Shown piece by piece: positions 28,126 through 37,129 of a stretch of DNA of 64,000 nt. Where the stretch lies: NCBI GenBank assembly GCA_036376035.1, contig DASVBC010000005.1, positions 26,930 through 90,929 on the forward strand, read 5' to 3'. A program made the translations under genes and the position numbers. Numbering within the stretch: position 1 is the first letter of the stretch; every line of letters begins with the position of its first letter. The notes beneath the pieces are model-generated. The model was not told the DNA's origin, made no database searches, and saw only the letters and a list, made by a program, of their open reading frames with translations. Source of the DNA: Caulobacteraceae bacterium (GTDB lineage Bacteria > Pseudomonadota > Alphaproteobacteria > Caulobacterales > Caulobacteraceae).

Positions 28126-28223
28126 GCGTGGTTCGACACGCACCCCGCGGGTGCTGCTCACCATGACGTATTCAGAAGTTCGTCATCCTGAGCAGGCCGC
28201 GCGGCGGCCGTGTCGAAGGACGC
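28126..28223. repeat. Back-to-back REP-like doublet, family E (two 43-bp arms, 12-bp spacer)
   Basis: Right arm CGTCATCCTGAGCAGGCCGCGCGGCGGCCGTGTCGAAGGACGC. Reverse complement of the left arm is CGTCATGGTGAGCAGCACCCGCGGGGTGCGTGTCGAACCACGC. Confidence 0.85.
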
Positions 28224-28229
28224 ACGGCT

Positions 28230-29759
28230 TCACTTCCAGATCGGCCTGCCCTCGCCCGGCAGGCCGAGCGACGCCCAGCGCTCGGTGACCGTGCGCACGA
28301 CGTCCTCGTCCATGGCGATTTCCTTGCCCCATTCGCGCTTGGTCTCCGGCGGCCATTTGTCGGTGGCGTCGAGGCCGATCTTGGAGCCAAGGCCGCTCTC
28401 GGGCGAGGCGAAGTCGAGGTAGTCGATGGGGGTCTGCTCGATGATCGTGATGTCGCGGGCCGGGTCCATCTTGGTGGAAATGGCCCACATGACGTCCTTC
28501 CAGTCGCGGGCGTTGACCGTGTCGTCCACGACGATGACCCACTTGGTGTACATGAACTGGCGAAGGAACGACCAGACGCCCATCATCACGCGCTTGGCGT
28601 GGCCGGGGTAGGCCTTCTTCATCGACACCACGGCGATGCGGTAGCTGCAGCCCTCGGGCGGCAGCCAGAAGTCGGTGATCTCCGGGAACTGCTGGCGCAG
28701 CAGCGGGATGAAGACCTCGTTCAACGCCTCGCCCAGCACGCTCGGCTCGTCCGGCGGGCGGCCGGTGTAGGTGGTGAGGTAGATCGGGTCCTTGCGCATG
28801 GTGATGGCGCTGACCTGGAAGACCGGAAACTTCTCGACGCTGTTGTAGTAGCCGGTGTGGTCGCCGTAGGGCCCCTCGTCCTCGAACTCGTCGAGGAGGA
28901 CGTGGCCTTCGATGACGATCTCGGCCTGGGCGGGCACCATCAGCGGCACCGTCTTGGCGGGGACGAGTTCGGCCTTGGCGCCGCGCAGCAGCCCCGCGAA
29001 CTGATACTCGGACAGGGTGTCCGGCACCGGCGTCACGGCGGCCAGGATGGTCCCCGGATCGGCCCCGATCACCGCGCAGGCAGGCAGGGGCTCGCGCTTT
29101 CCGGCGCGCTTGTGGCGGGCGTAGTGTTGGGCGCCGCCCCGGTGGGCCAGCCAGCGCATGATCGCCCGGTCCTTGCCGAGCACCTGCATGCGGTAGATGC
29201 CGAGGTTGAAGTCGTCCTCGCGGTCGCTGGACGGCCCCCTGGTCACCACCAGCGGCCAGGTGATCAGCGGCGCGGGCTCGCCCGGCCAGCAGGTCTGCAC
29301 CGGCAACCTGGTCAGGTCGATGTCGGCGCCCTTCAGCACCACTTCCTGCACCGGCGCCTTCTTCACCGTCGCCGGGCGCATGGCCATCACCTGCCGCGCG
29401 ATCGGCAGCATGTCCCAGGCGTCCTTCAGGCCGCGCGGCGGTTCGGGGTTCTTCAGGAAGGCCAGCAGCTCGCCGACCTCGCGCAGCTCACCGGCGGTGG
29501 TGCGGCTCTCGCCCCCGAGCGTGACGCCCATCGCCACCCGCTTCACGGTCCCGAACAGGTTGGTCAGGCACGGGACCTCGCTGATCGAGCCGTCCGGCAT
29601 CACCGGCCTTTCGAACAGCACCGCCGGGCCGCCGCTCGCGATCAGCCGCGTGCCGATCTCGGTCATCTCCAGCACCGTGGAGACAGGCTCGCTCACCCGC
29701 ACGAGTTCGCCCTCGCGCTCGAGCATCGCCAGAAAGTCCCGGAGGGAGCGGTAGGCCAT
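28230..29759 (-). CDS. ubiD: UbiD family (prFMN-dependent) decarboxylase
   Basis: [51 protein letters not shown]. Confidence 0.95.
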   Translation of the reverse strand: MAYRSLRDFLAMLEREGELVRVSEPVSTVLEMTEIGTRLIASGGPAVLFERPVMPDGSISEVPCLTNLFGTVKRVAMGVTLGGESRTTAGELREVGELLAFLKNPEPPRGLKDAWDMLPIARQVMAMRPATVKKAPVQEVVLKGADIDLTRLPVQTCWPGEPAPLITWPLVVTRGPSSDREDDFNLGIYRMQVLGKDRAIMRWLAHRGGAQHYARHKRAGKREPLPACAVIGADPGTILAAVTPVPDTLSEYQFAGLLRGAKAELVPAKTVPLMVPAQAEIVIEGHVLLDEFEDEGPYGDHTGYYNSVEKFPVFQVSAITMRKDPIYLTTYTGRPPDEPSVLGEALNEVFIPLLRQQFPEITDFWLPPEGCSYRIAVVSMKKAYPGHAKRVMMGVWSFLRQFMYTKWVIVVDDTVNARDWKDVMWAISTKMDPARDITIIEQTPIDYLDFASPESGLGSKIGLDATDKWPPETKREWGKEIAMDEDVVRTVTERWASLGLPGEGRPIWK

Positions 29760-29803
29760 GAGCGGCTGATTAGCCCAATTGGGCCGAGCTTGGCCCCAAT
29801 AAT

Positions 29804-29894
29804 CCGCTCATCCCGACGAAAGTCGGGACCCAGTCCTGTCCAGTCAGCACTCCGCTGGAAAGACCTGGCCCCCGGCTTTCGCCGGGGTGAGCGG
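29804..29894. repeat. REP-like inverted doublet, family B (91 bp)
   Basis: CCGCTCATCCCGACGAAAGTCGGGACCCAG...CTGGCCCCCGGCTTTCGCCGGGGTGAGCGG. Twin of 12762-12852 with the spacer in the opposite orientation. Confidence 0.92.
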
Positions 29895-29908
29895 GTCTAG
29901 GGAATGAC

Positions 29909-30265
29909 CTACGCATCAGCCGGAGCCCGCTCGGCGTCATAGGCCTTCACCAGCTTCTTAGGCGCGACCTCACGCCAGCGCCGCTCGATGAAGTTGCGGC
30001 AGGAGCCGGGGTGGAGGGTCTTCAGCCGCGCCAGCACGGCCGGGTAGTCCTTGTAGTGGGCGACCACGAAGAATGTCTGCGGCTCGCACTCGATCAGCAT
30101 TTCGCGCTCGTCGAAGTGGACGCCGGTGAACACCGCCGCGCCGTCGGTCGGGCGGATGCGCGTCAGGAACTTGCCGTTCACCAGGAAGGCCGGCTTGCCG
30201 TAGCTCTTGCCCTCTTCCACGCCGGGGAAGCTGAGGGCGATCTGTTTGAAGTCCGCGGGTGTCAT
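29909..30265 (-). CDS. MmcQ/YjbR family protein
   Basis: ALSFPGVEEGKSYGKPAFLVNGK, HYKDYPAVLARL, WREVAPKKL. Confidence 0.82.
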   Translation of the reverse strand: MTPADFKQIALSFPGVEEGKSYGKPAFLVNGKFLTRIRPTDGAAVFTGVHFDEREMLIECEPQTFFVVAHYKDYPAVLARLKTLHPGSCRNFIERRWREVAPKKLVKAYDAERAPADA

Positions 30266-30271
30266 GAGTCG

Positions 30272-32029
30272 TCAGTATGCCAGCGCAACGCCGTCCTTGC
30301 GCATCTCCGTCGCCGCGGCGTAGCGCCCCGGCCAGCGCTCGATGGCCTGGTAGCCGCCAAAGCCGCCGTCGCTGTCGCCCAGCTTCCAGCCCAGCGCCGC
30401 CAGCCCCTTCTTTGTCGCCTCGGGAATGCCGCTCTCGACACGGAGCAGACCGACGCCCTGCTGCGGCTCGCCCGTCGGTTCGGACGAGCCCTCGTGGTGC
30501 CAGCGCGGGCTGTCGCCGGCGGCCTGCAGGTCGAGGCCGTAGTCGACCATGTTGATGATGATCTGCGCCTGGCCCTGCGGCTGCATGTCCCCGCCCATGA
30601 CGCCGAAGGCCATCCACGGCGCCCCGTTCCGCGTCGCAAACCCCGGGATGATCGTCTGGAAGGGCCGCTTGCCGGGCGCATAGATGTTGGGATGGCCGTC
30701 CTGGAGATTGAACAGCTCGCCCCGGTCCTGGAACATGAAGCCAAGGCCGTCCGGCGACAGGCCAGACCCCATGCCGCGATAGTTGGACTGGATGATCGAC
30801 ACCATCATCCCGTCCTGGTCCGAGGTGCAGAAGTAGGTCGTGTCGCCCTGGCTCGGCGCCTGGCCCGGATAGACCGGCGTGATGATGCGGTCGGGCCGCA
30901 CGAGCCTGGCCCGCTCGCGCGCATAGTCCTTCGACAGCAGCCACGCGATGGGGACATCGCTGAACTGGGGATCGGCGAAGTAGCGGGCGCGGTCCTCGAA
31001 CGCGAGCCGCTTGGCCTCCACCTGATGGTGGATCGACTGCACCGACTGGAAGCCCATGGACTTGAGGTCGAACTGCTCGGCGATGTTGAGCAGTTGCAGC
31101 GTCGACAGGCCCTGGCTGTTGGGCCCAAGCCCATGCACCGTCACGCCGCGATAGTCCGTGCGTAGCGGCTCGGTCCATTCGCTGTGGTGGGCGGCCAGAT
31201 CGGCCTTGGTCATGAAGCCGCCGATACGCCGGAAGTAGGCGTCGATGCGGTCGGCGATCTCGCCCTCGTAGAAGGCTCGCCCCCCGCCCAGCGCGATCTG
31301 GCGATAGGTTTCGGCCAGCGCCGGGTTGCGGAACACCTCCCCCTCGCGCGGCGTGCGCCCCTCGGCCGCCCAGACGCGGTTGAAGTTCTCCACCTCCTCG
31401 ATGCCGAGGCCCGGCGTGTTGAACCGCTTGAAGCTGGCGTTCAGGTAATAGGCGATGGTCTGCGCCACCGGCACGCCGTCCTGCGCGTGGGCGATGGCCG
31501 GCGCGAACAGGCTCTTCCAGTCCAGCTTGCCGTAGCGCTGGTGCAGGCTCCACCAGGCGTCCACCGCCCCCGGCACGCTGACCGGCACGGCGCCATAGGC
31601 GGGGATGTGGCCGTTCTTGGCCCGCGCGCGAACCGTCTCCAGCGACAGGCCGCGCGGCGAGCGGCCCGAGCCGTTCAGCCCCACGACCTTGCCCTGCCGG
31701 GGATCCCACAGCATCACAAAACAGTCGCCGCCGACGCCGCAGCTGACCGGCTCCAGGAAGCCCAGCGCCGCGTTGGCCGCGATCGCCGCATCCACCGCCG
31801 AGCCGCCGGCGCGCAGCATGTCGATGGCGATCTGCGTCGCCAGCGGATGCGCCGTCGCCGCCGCCCCATGCGTCCCCCACGCCGCCGAATGGACGGCAAA
31901 GCTCGCCCCGTCGATCCGGTCGCCGGCGTGAACGTCCGGCCGGTGGAGGTTCGGGTTGACCACCTGCCCCAGCGCCGTCGTGGCGAAGGCCGAAGCGGGC
32001 AGGGCGGCGAGAAAGGTGCGGCGGCGCAT
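30272..32029 (-). CDS. ggt: Gamma-glutamyltransferase family protein with Tat-type signal
   Basis: MRRRTFL signal, GGSAVDAAIA, EPVSCGVGGD, VPGAVDAW, GDTTYF (Thr nucleophile), PGKRPFQTI, GGDMQPQG. Confidence 0.88.
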   Translation of the reverse strand: MRRRTFLAALPASAFATTALGQVVNPNLHRPDVHAGDRIDGASFAVHSAAWGTHGAAATAHPLATQIAIDMLRAGGSAVDAAIAANAALGFLEPVSCGVGGDCFVMLWDPRQGKVVGLNGSGRSPRGLSLETVRARAKNGHIPAYGAVPVSVPGAVDAWWSLHQRYGKLDWKSLFAPAIAHAQDGVPVAQTIAYYLNASFKRFNTPGLGIEEVENFNRVWAAEGRTPREGEVFRNPALAETYRQIALGGGRAFYEGEIADRIDAYFRRIGGFMTKADLAAHHSEWTEPLRTDYRGVTVHGLGPNSQGLSTLQLLNIAEQFDLKSMGFQSVQSIHHQVEAKRLAFEDRARYFADPQFSDVPIAWLLSKDYARERARLVRPDRIITPVYPGQAPSQGDTTYFCTSDQDGMMVSIIQSNYRGMGSGLSPDGLGFMFQDRGELFNLQDGHPNIYAPGKRPFQTIIPGFATRNGAPWMAFGVMGGDMQPQGQAQIIINMVDYGLDLQAAGDSPRWHHEGSSEPTGEPQQGVGLLRVESGIPEATKKGLAALGWKLGDSDGGFGGYQAIERWPGRYAAATEMRKDGVALAY

Positions 32030-32066
32030 GGGGCGTGCTCCGAGAGGGGGGAGCCGCAGCCTAGCC

Positions 32067-32573
32067 CTAATTGTTCGCCGTCACATAGTGGGCGAAGGGC
32101 TCGCGGCCGCGCGGGCCGGGGCGATAGCCGCTTTCGATGGGGCGGTCCTGCTCCGGGCCCAGGCTGATGTCGGCTTCGGGGAAGACGATGACGACCTCGC
32201 GGCCGTTGCGCACCACCACCTGCGCGACCGGCGATTTGCGCGGGTCGGCGGCCAGCTTGATCTTCGAGTAGTAGGGCTCACGCTTCCAGGCGTCGGGGTA
32301 GGCGGGGTCGACATCGACCATCAGCTGCTTGTCGCCCCACAGGATGAACTTGGCGCGATCCGGCCGCCAGGCCGCGTCCATCTTCTCGTCGGCCAGCCAC
32401 AGGCAGACGAACTGGCGGCAGGCCTGCGGGCGGATCTCATAGACACCGCAGCCGACGCCCTTCTTGAAGTGGCCGCACATGGTGTGCCGGGCCTTGGCGA
32501 TGGCTTCGATCTCGAAGGCCTTGCAGCACATGGCGCAGTCGCCGCAGGACTTGTTGGACGCAGCTACGGTCAC
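32067..32573 (-). CDS. YkgJ / CxxCxxCC-family cysteine-cluster protein
   Basis: CGDCAMCC...C.H....GCGVYEIRPQACRQFVCLWL. Confidence 0.75.
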   Translation of the reverse strand: MTVAASNKSCGDCAMCCKAFEIEAIAKARHTMCGHFKKGVGCGVYEIRPQACRQFVCLWLADEKMDAAWRPDRAKFILWGDKQLMVDVDPAYPDAWKREPYYSKIKLAADPRKSPVAQVVVRNGREVVIVFPEADISLGPEQDRPIESGYRPGPRGREPFAHYVTANN

Positions 32574-32607
32574 GGACGATCACCCCCGCGGCCAGTGTTA
32601 GCGCCCC

Positions 32608-33255
32608 TCAGGGCAGAGTCCACACCGCCGTCTTCTTGACCTCCATATCCTCCAGCTCGCGCGTGGTCGGGACCTGGTATTGGGCCAGCTTGATCAGCCC
32701 CTCGCGCGGGAAGTAGGTCCGCCCCGGATCGCCGATCAGCACCGCCGCGCCCGCCGCGCGTGCGGCGGTCAGCCAGGCCATCACCTGCTCGGCCAGCGGC
32801 TTCTCGTAACAGATGTCGCCCGCCAGAATGACGTCGGCGTCGGGCGGCGGCGCGTCAAGCAGGTTGGCGTCGGTGAAAGCGACCTCCACCCCGTTCGCCG
32901 CCGCGTTCAGGGCGATGGCGGGCCCGCAGAAGCTGTCGATGTCGGCGGCCAGCACGCGCGCCGCTCCCGCCTTCATCGCCGCGATGGCGACGATCCCCGA
33001 GCCCGAGGCGAAGTCGATGACCCGCTTGCCGCGCACCGTCTCGGGGTGATCCAGCACGTACCGCGCCAACGCCTGCCCGCCGGCCCAGGCAAACGCCCAG
33101 AACGGCGGCGGCAGCCCCATCTCCTCCAGCGCCTCCTCCGTCATCCGCCAGATCGGCGTGATCTCGTCCGCCAGATGCAGCACCAGCTCCGGCGCATGCG
33201 GCGGCGCCTGCAGGCGGGTGTTGTCGAGGATGAAGGCGCGGCGGTCGGTGATCAT
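32608..33255 (-). CDS. Class I SAM-dependent protein methyltransferase (METTL20/ETFB-KMT-like)
   Basis: PPPFWAFAWAGGQALARY, DFASGSG, ILAGDICYE, DPGRTY. ATG at 33255. Confidence 0.82.
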   Translation of the reverse strand: MITDRRAFILDNTRLQAPPHAPELVLHLADEITPIWRMTEEALEEMGLPPPFWAFAWAGGQALARYVLDHPETVRGKRVIDFASGSGIVAIAAMKAGAARVLAADIDSFCGPAIALNAAANGVEVAFTDANLLDAPPPDADVILAGDICYEKPLAEQVMAWLTAARAAGAAVLIGDPGRTYFPREGLIKLAQYQVPTTRELEDMEVKKTAVWTLP

Positions 33256-33330
33256 AACGAGCGTCACTTTGGCTCTGGCGCGGCTTTTGAGCCCGCGATA
33301 ATGTGCCGCCACAACCGAGGGTGGGGCTCA

Positions 33331-33726
33331 ATGAAAAAAATCATACTTCTTGGTCTGACACTTGCCACGCTTGCCGGCTGCGCCACGCCGCCAGCGCCAG
33401 TGGATCAACGTAACAGCGCTTTGACCTCCGGCAACGTCTCCATGAACCTGATCGTGGGAGAGACCACGCAGGCGCAGGTACTCGAAGCCTTCGGGGCTCC
33501 AAACATCGTCACGATGGACGGTCAGCGGAACGAGGTGTGGTCCTACCAGAGGCATGCCACCGTCACCCAGTCCTCTGCCGGCTCCAATTACTGGACCATC
33601 GTATTCTTCGGCGGCGGGCAATACGCCGAGGGTTTCCAACAAACGCAGCGCACCATCACGCTGATCATCAAATTCAACAAAGATAAGGTGGTGTCGGACT
33701 TCCACAGTCGCACCAGTGACTTTTAG
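33331..33726 (+). CDS. Lipoprotein, SmpA/OmlA (BamE)-like
   Basis: MKKIILLGLTLATLAGC lipobox. GETTQAQVLEAFGAP...WSY pattern and terminal LIIKFNKDKVV. Low GC. Confidence 0.6.
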   Translation: MKKIILLGLTLATLAGCATPPAPVDQRNSALTSGNVSMNLIVGETTQAQVLEAFGAPNIVTMDGQRNEVWSYQRHATVTQSSAGSNYWTIVFFGGGQYAEGFQQTQRTITLIIKFNKDKVVSDFHSRTSDF

Positions 33727-33742
33727 TTAGGGGGTTAATTTA

Positions 33743-34324
33743 ATGAACAAGCTAATTGCAGTTACTGCGCTTGCGGTTCTATTTTCTACGCCCGCCCTCG
33801 CCGCCAAGGCGCCCGAGCTGACGCCTATGCAATTGCAGGCGATTCAGCAGAAGGAATTCGACGCTCAGAAAGAGGACGTTTTCAGCAGTGTTGTCGATGT
33901 CTTTCAGGACTTGGGCTACACGATCAACAGCGCCGACCTGAATACCGGGTTCATCACGGCTGAAAGCGCGACCGTCAACAAGACGAGTTTCTGGGAAGCC
34001 GTGGCATCGGCGCAGAGCGCCGGCAACACGCGCGCTACGGCCTACATCCAGTCAATGCCGAGTGGCATGACAAAGGTGCGCCTAAACTTCGTCTCCACCA
34101 AGACGATTTCGATGCAATACGGTCAGGGTAGCCGGCAGGACAAGCCGATCATCGATGCTGCGGTGTACCAGCGCGCATTCGAAAAAGTGGATGAGGCCCT
34201 GTTCGTCCGCAAAGCCACCAATGCGCCTGCGCCTGCGCCTGCGCCTGCCTCCGATGCCGAGCCCGTCACTACGCCGGCCGCCAGCCAAGCTGCCCCGACC
34301 GCCGCGCCGCCAACGGGCAGTTAA
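33743..34324 (+). CDS. Exported hypothetical protein
   Basis: Signal peptide ending PALA, then KEDVFSSVVDVFQDLGYTINSADLNTGFITA, and a Pro/Ala-rich tail. Low GC. Confidence 0.65.
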   Translation: MNKLIAVTALAVLFSTPALAAKAPELTPMQLQAIQQKEFDAQKEDVFSSVVDVFQDLGYTINSADLNTGFITAESATVNKTSFWEAVASAQSAGNTRATAYIQSMPSGMTKVRLNFVSTKTISMQYGQGSRQDKPIIDAAVYQRAFEKVDEALFVRKATNAPAPAPAPASDAEPVTTPAASQAAPTAAPPTGS

Positions 34325-35025
34325 TCCGCCACCACCTTATAGGCGATCGCCTCGGCGTCGACCGTTTCGACGTCGAGGACGAGGTTTCGAAAGCGGATGG
34401 TCTTGGCGCCGGCGGGATACGTGAGTTCTTGAAAAAAAGCCGTACGCGCCAGATTCTCAGGTGAATACTCTCGATACACCAGATGGACGGCGTTTCCGTC
34501 ATAGCCAGTGAATATTATTTCATAGTTCGAGAACGGCTTGTCTTGGGCGACTTCGGATTCTCGCACAGGCGTCAACCGGCCACTTGGTGGGTCCGGACGA
34601 TAAGAGAACAGGAAGCCACCATCAAAAGCCTTCTTATGGATTCTGCCGTCCTCGGCGACCTGCAATGTAAGGATACCGGCCATCCCCAACTGAGAGGTCT
34701 CGACCGGGACCAAAAAGTATACGTGTCCGTCCAGGTCACGGGTGTCGGTCACGTCCAGCAACTGATCCTTGGTGAAGCGCAGGTCGTAGCCGCCGCCGCG
34801 TAACCTGAAATCCTCGTTGGCCCGCACTTCCTTCACCGGCTTGATCTTGGTGACGAACTGTTGGACCTTCACCACCGCATCCCCGACAGCGGCAGTCTGA
34901 CGCTCGCCGATGCGATAGCTGCGCTCGGAAATCAATTGCTGATCCGGCTGGCCAGAGACGCTACGGCCAGGAGCCGCGCAGATTGCTGCAACTCCCAAGA
35001 GAAGAGTTAGTATCGCATGTCGCAT
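34321..35025 (-). CDS. Exported hypothetical protein
   Basis: ATG at 35025, hydrophobic N-terminus, C-terminal YEIIFTG...LVYREYS...ARTAFFQELTY. Low GC. Confidence 0.65.
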   Translation of the reverse strand: MRHAILTLLLGVAAICAAPGRSVSGQPDQQLISERSYRIGERQTAAVGDAVVKVQQFVTKIKPVKEVRANEDFRLRGGGYDLRFTKDQLLDVTDTRDLDGHVYFLVPVETSQLGMAGILTLQVAEDGRIHKKAFDGGFLFSYRPDPPSGRLTPVRESEVAQDKPFSNYEIIFTGYDGNAVHLVYREYSPENLARTAFFQELTYPAGAKTIRFRNLVLDVETVDAEAIAYKVVAD

Positions 35026-35102
35026 TAGCCGACCCCCAGCCAAGGCTAATAGCGCGCCGACAATCTGTGCGCGACTGTTTTCCTAATGCAAGGAATGCAG
35101 GC

Positions 35103-36071
35103 CTAGAAGGCGGCCGCCGCCAGTCCTTTTGAGGACGCCATCTTCAGCACCTTCACGTAGCCGCCGGGCTCGATGCGCATGCCTGCGGCGGCGCCCTGGG
35201 CCTTCAGCAGGCGGTGAGCCTTCGGCAGGCTCCAGCAGGGCAGGTGCATGAACATGTGGTGTTCGCAGTGGTAGTTGACCCAGTAGGGCGCGAGCACCGC
35301 GCGCTCTAGCCAGTTGGCGTGGGTGGTGCGGGCGTGGCGCAGGGGGTCGGGCTCGTTCTTGGCGATCAGGGCGTGTTCGGCGATGTTCCGCAGCCGCGTG
35401 ATCATCGGATACCAGGTCGCCATCGGCACGATCCATAGCGCCAGCCACGCCCACCACAGGCCGAACGGAATCAGCACAGCCAGCATCACCGCGTTGGTGA
35501 TCAGCATCGGCTTCCAGAAATCGATGACGCCCGCGAAGGTCTTCCTGAAGGGCACGCCGTTCCTGGCCCCTTCACGGAAGGCCGCGATCGTGGGGGCGAT
35601 GCGCTGCTTGTAGAAGGTCTGGCCGGTCAGATCGCGGATGATCTTGCGGCGCATGGACGAGCGCGTGATCGGGAAGGGCGCCGAGAGGACGAGGTCGGGG
35701 TCCTCCTCCTGCTGGCCGTACTTGTGGTGCTGCAGGTGATAGTCGCGGTAGCGCCAGACGTCGGCGTTGGTCGGCGCCCCGGCCAGCCAGTGTCCGGCCC
35801 AGTCGTTGATCTTCTGGTTGGGGTGGGTGCAGCCGTGGGCCGCGTCGTGCATCAGGATGGCCAGGCCCAGCTGGCGCCCGCCGATGATGATCACCGCGGC
35901 GATGTAGGTCAGCGGGTTCGGCCAGATCACGAACATCGCGCCCGCCAGGATGATCACCGCCCACGCGTGGGCGATCAGCGCCAGCCCCTTCCACGACGAG
36001 CGGCGCGACAACGCCTCCCAGTCGGCGGGGGCGAAGTAGGTGGCGGGTTTGACGCGAGCAGCGATGGCCAT
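35103..36071 (-). CDS. Membrane fatty-acid desaturase/hydroxylase family di-iron protein
   Basis: Three His boxes HDAAH, HLQHH, HCEHH, plus RLRNIAEH. Confidence 0.88.
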   Translation of the reverse strand: MAIAARVKPATYFAPADWEALSRRSSWKGLALIAHAWAVIILAGAMFVIWPNPLTYIAAVIIIGGRQLGLAILMHDAAHGCTHPNQKINDWAGHWLAGAPTNADVWRYRDYHLQHHKYGQQEEDPDLVLSAPFPITRSSMRRKIIRDLTGQTFYKQRIAPTIAAFREGARNGVPFRKTFAGVIDFWKPMLITNAVMLAVLIPFGLWWAWLALWIVPMATWYPMITRLRNIAEHALIAKNEPDPLRHARTTHANWLERAVLAPYWVNYHCEHHMFMHLPCWSLPKAHRLLKAQGAAAGMRIEPGGYVKVLKMASSKGLAAAAF

Positions 36072-36102
36072 GAGTTGATTATGCCACGAAATGACGCCGG
36101 CG

Positions 36103-37032
36103 TCAGGTTTGCAGCGGCGGCATCCACAGCCCCGCCGCCAGCGCGCAGAACAACAGCAGGCCTGCCCAGGTGTTGGACTTGAAGAGGGCCAGGGCGCCCT
36201 TCGGGTCGGTGACGTCCAGCCGCTGGGCCTGCCGCGACAGCATCAGTCCAAACAGCGCCACCGGCGGGAAAAACAGGGGCCCGAGCTTGCCCGCGAACGC
36301 GGCGCCCAGCGCCAGCACGAAGGCGATGACGTAGAAGACCAGCACCGCCCTGGGCGCGCTCGCCCCCAGCCTGCGCGCCGACGACTTCACGCCCGCCAGC
36401 GCGTCGTCCTCCAGGTCCTGCACGGCGTAGATGGTGTCGTAGCCGAGCGTCCAGAACACGCCGCTGGCGTAGAGCAGGATGGCGGGCAGGCCGATCTCCC
36501 CTGTCGCCGCCGCATAGCCCAGCAGCGCGCCCCAGTTGAAGGTCAGGCCAAGCCAGGCCTGCGGCCACCAGGTGATCCGCTTCATGAACGGATAGGCCGC
36601 CACCAGCGCGAGCGAGGCGACGCCCAGGCCAATGGCCAGCGGCGGAAAGCTCAACAGGATCGCCAGGCTCGCCGCGCAACACAGGGCGATGAACACCCAG
36701 GCCTGTCTCACGCTGATCTGTTCCGCCGGGATCGGCCGCCCGGCGGTGCGCGCGACCTTGGCGTCGATGTCGCGGTCGACGATGTCGTTGTAGGCGCACC
36801 CCGCCGCCCGCATCAGCGCCGCGCCCACGAAAAATAGCAGCAGCAGGAGCGGGGAGGGCGGCTCGCGCCGCTCGGCGAACGCCAGCGCTATCCCCTGCCA
36901 GCCGGGCAGCATCAACAGCCAGATCCCCGTCGGCCGGTCGAACCGCCCCAGCTTCAGCCACGGCTGCAGCCACGGCGGCGCATGGCGGTCCACCCAGTTC
37001 GTCGGCAAGGCGTCGGGCAGGGGCGCGGTCAT
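36103..37032 (-). CDS. ubiA: 4-hydroxybenzoate polyprenyltransferase
   Basis: GRFDRPTG, MRAAGCAYNDIVDRDIDAKVART, YPFMKR, YDTIYAVQDLEDD. Confidence 0.96.
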   Translation of the reverse strand: MTAPLPDALPTNWVDRHAPPWLQPWLKLGRFDRPTGIWLLMLPGWQGIALAFAERREPPSPLLLLLFFVGAALMRAAGCAYNDIVDRDIDAKVARTAGRPIPAEQISVRQAWVFIALCCAASLAILLSFPPLAIGLGVASLALVAAYPFMKRITWWPQAWLGLTFNWGALLGYAAATGEIGLPAILLYASGVFWTLGYDTIYAVQDLEDDALAGVKSSARRLGASAPRAVLVFYVIAFVLALGAAFAGKLGPLFFPPVALFGLMLSRQAQRLDVTDPKGALALFKSNTWAGLLLFCALAAGLWMPPLQT

Positions 37033-37129
37033 GGCGCTGTTCCTAGCGGTTCGCTGGCTCGGTGCGAAGCTTCACGGCAGGGCGCGATGGGCGTATTGTC
37101 GGTTCCTCGACATTGGGAAGGGGGCTCCC

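Noticed and set aside
34222-34250. (GCGCCT)n microsatellite as a phase-variation tract
   Set aside because: It is an in-frame hexamer encoding an Ala-Pro linker. Slippage would not shift the frame.
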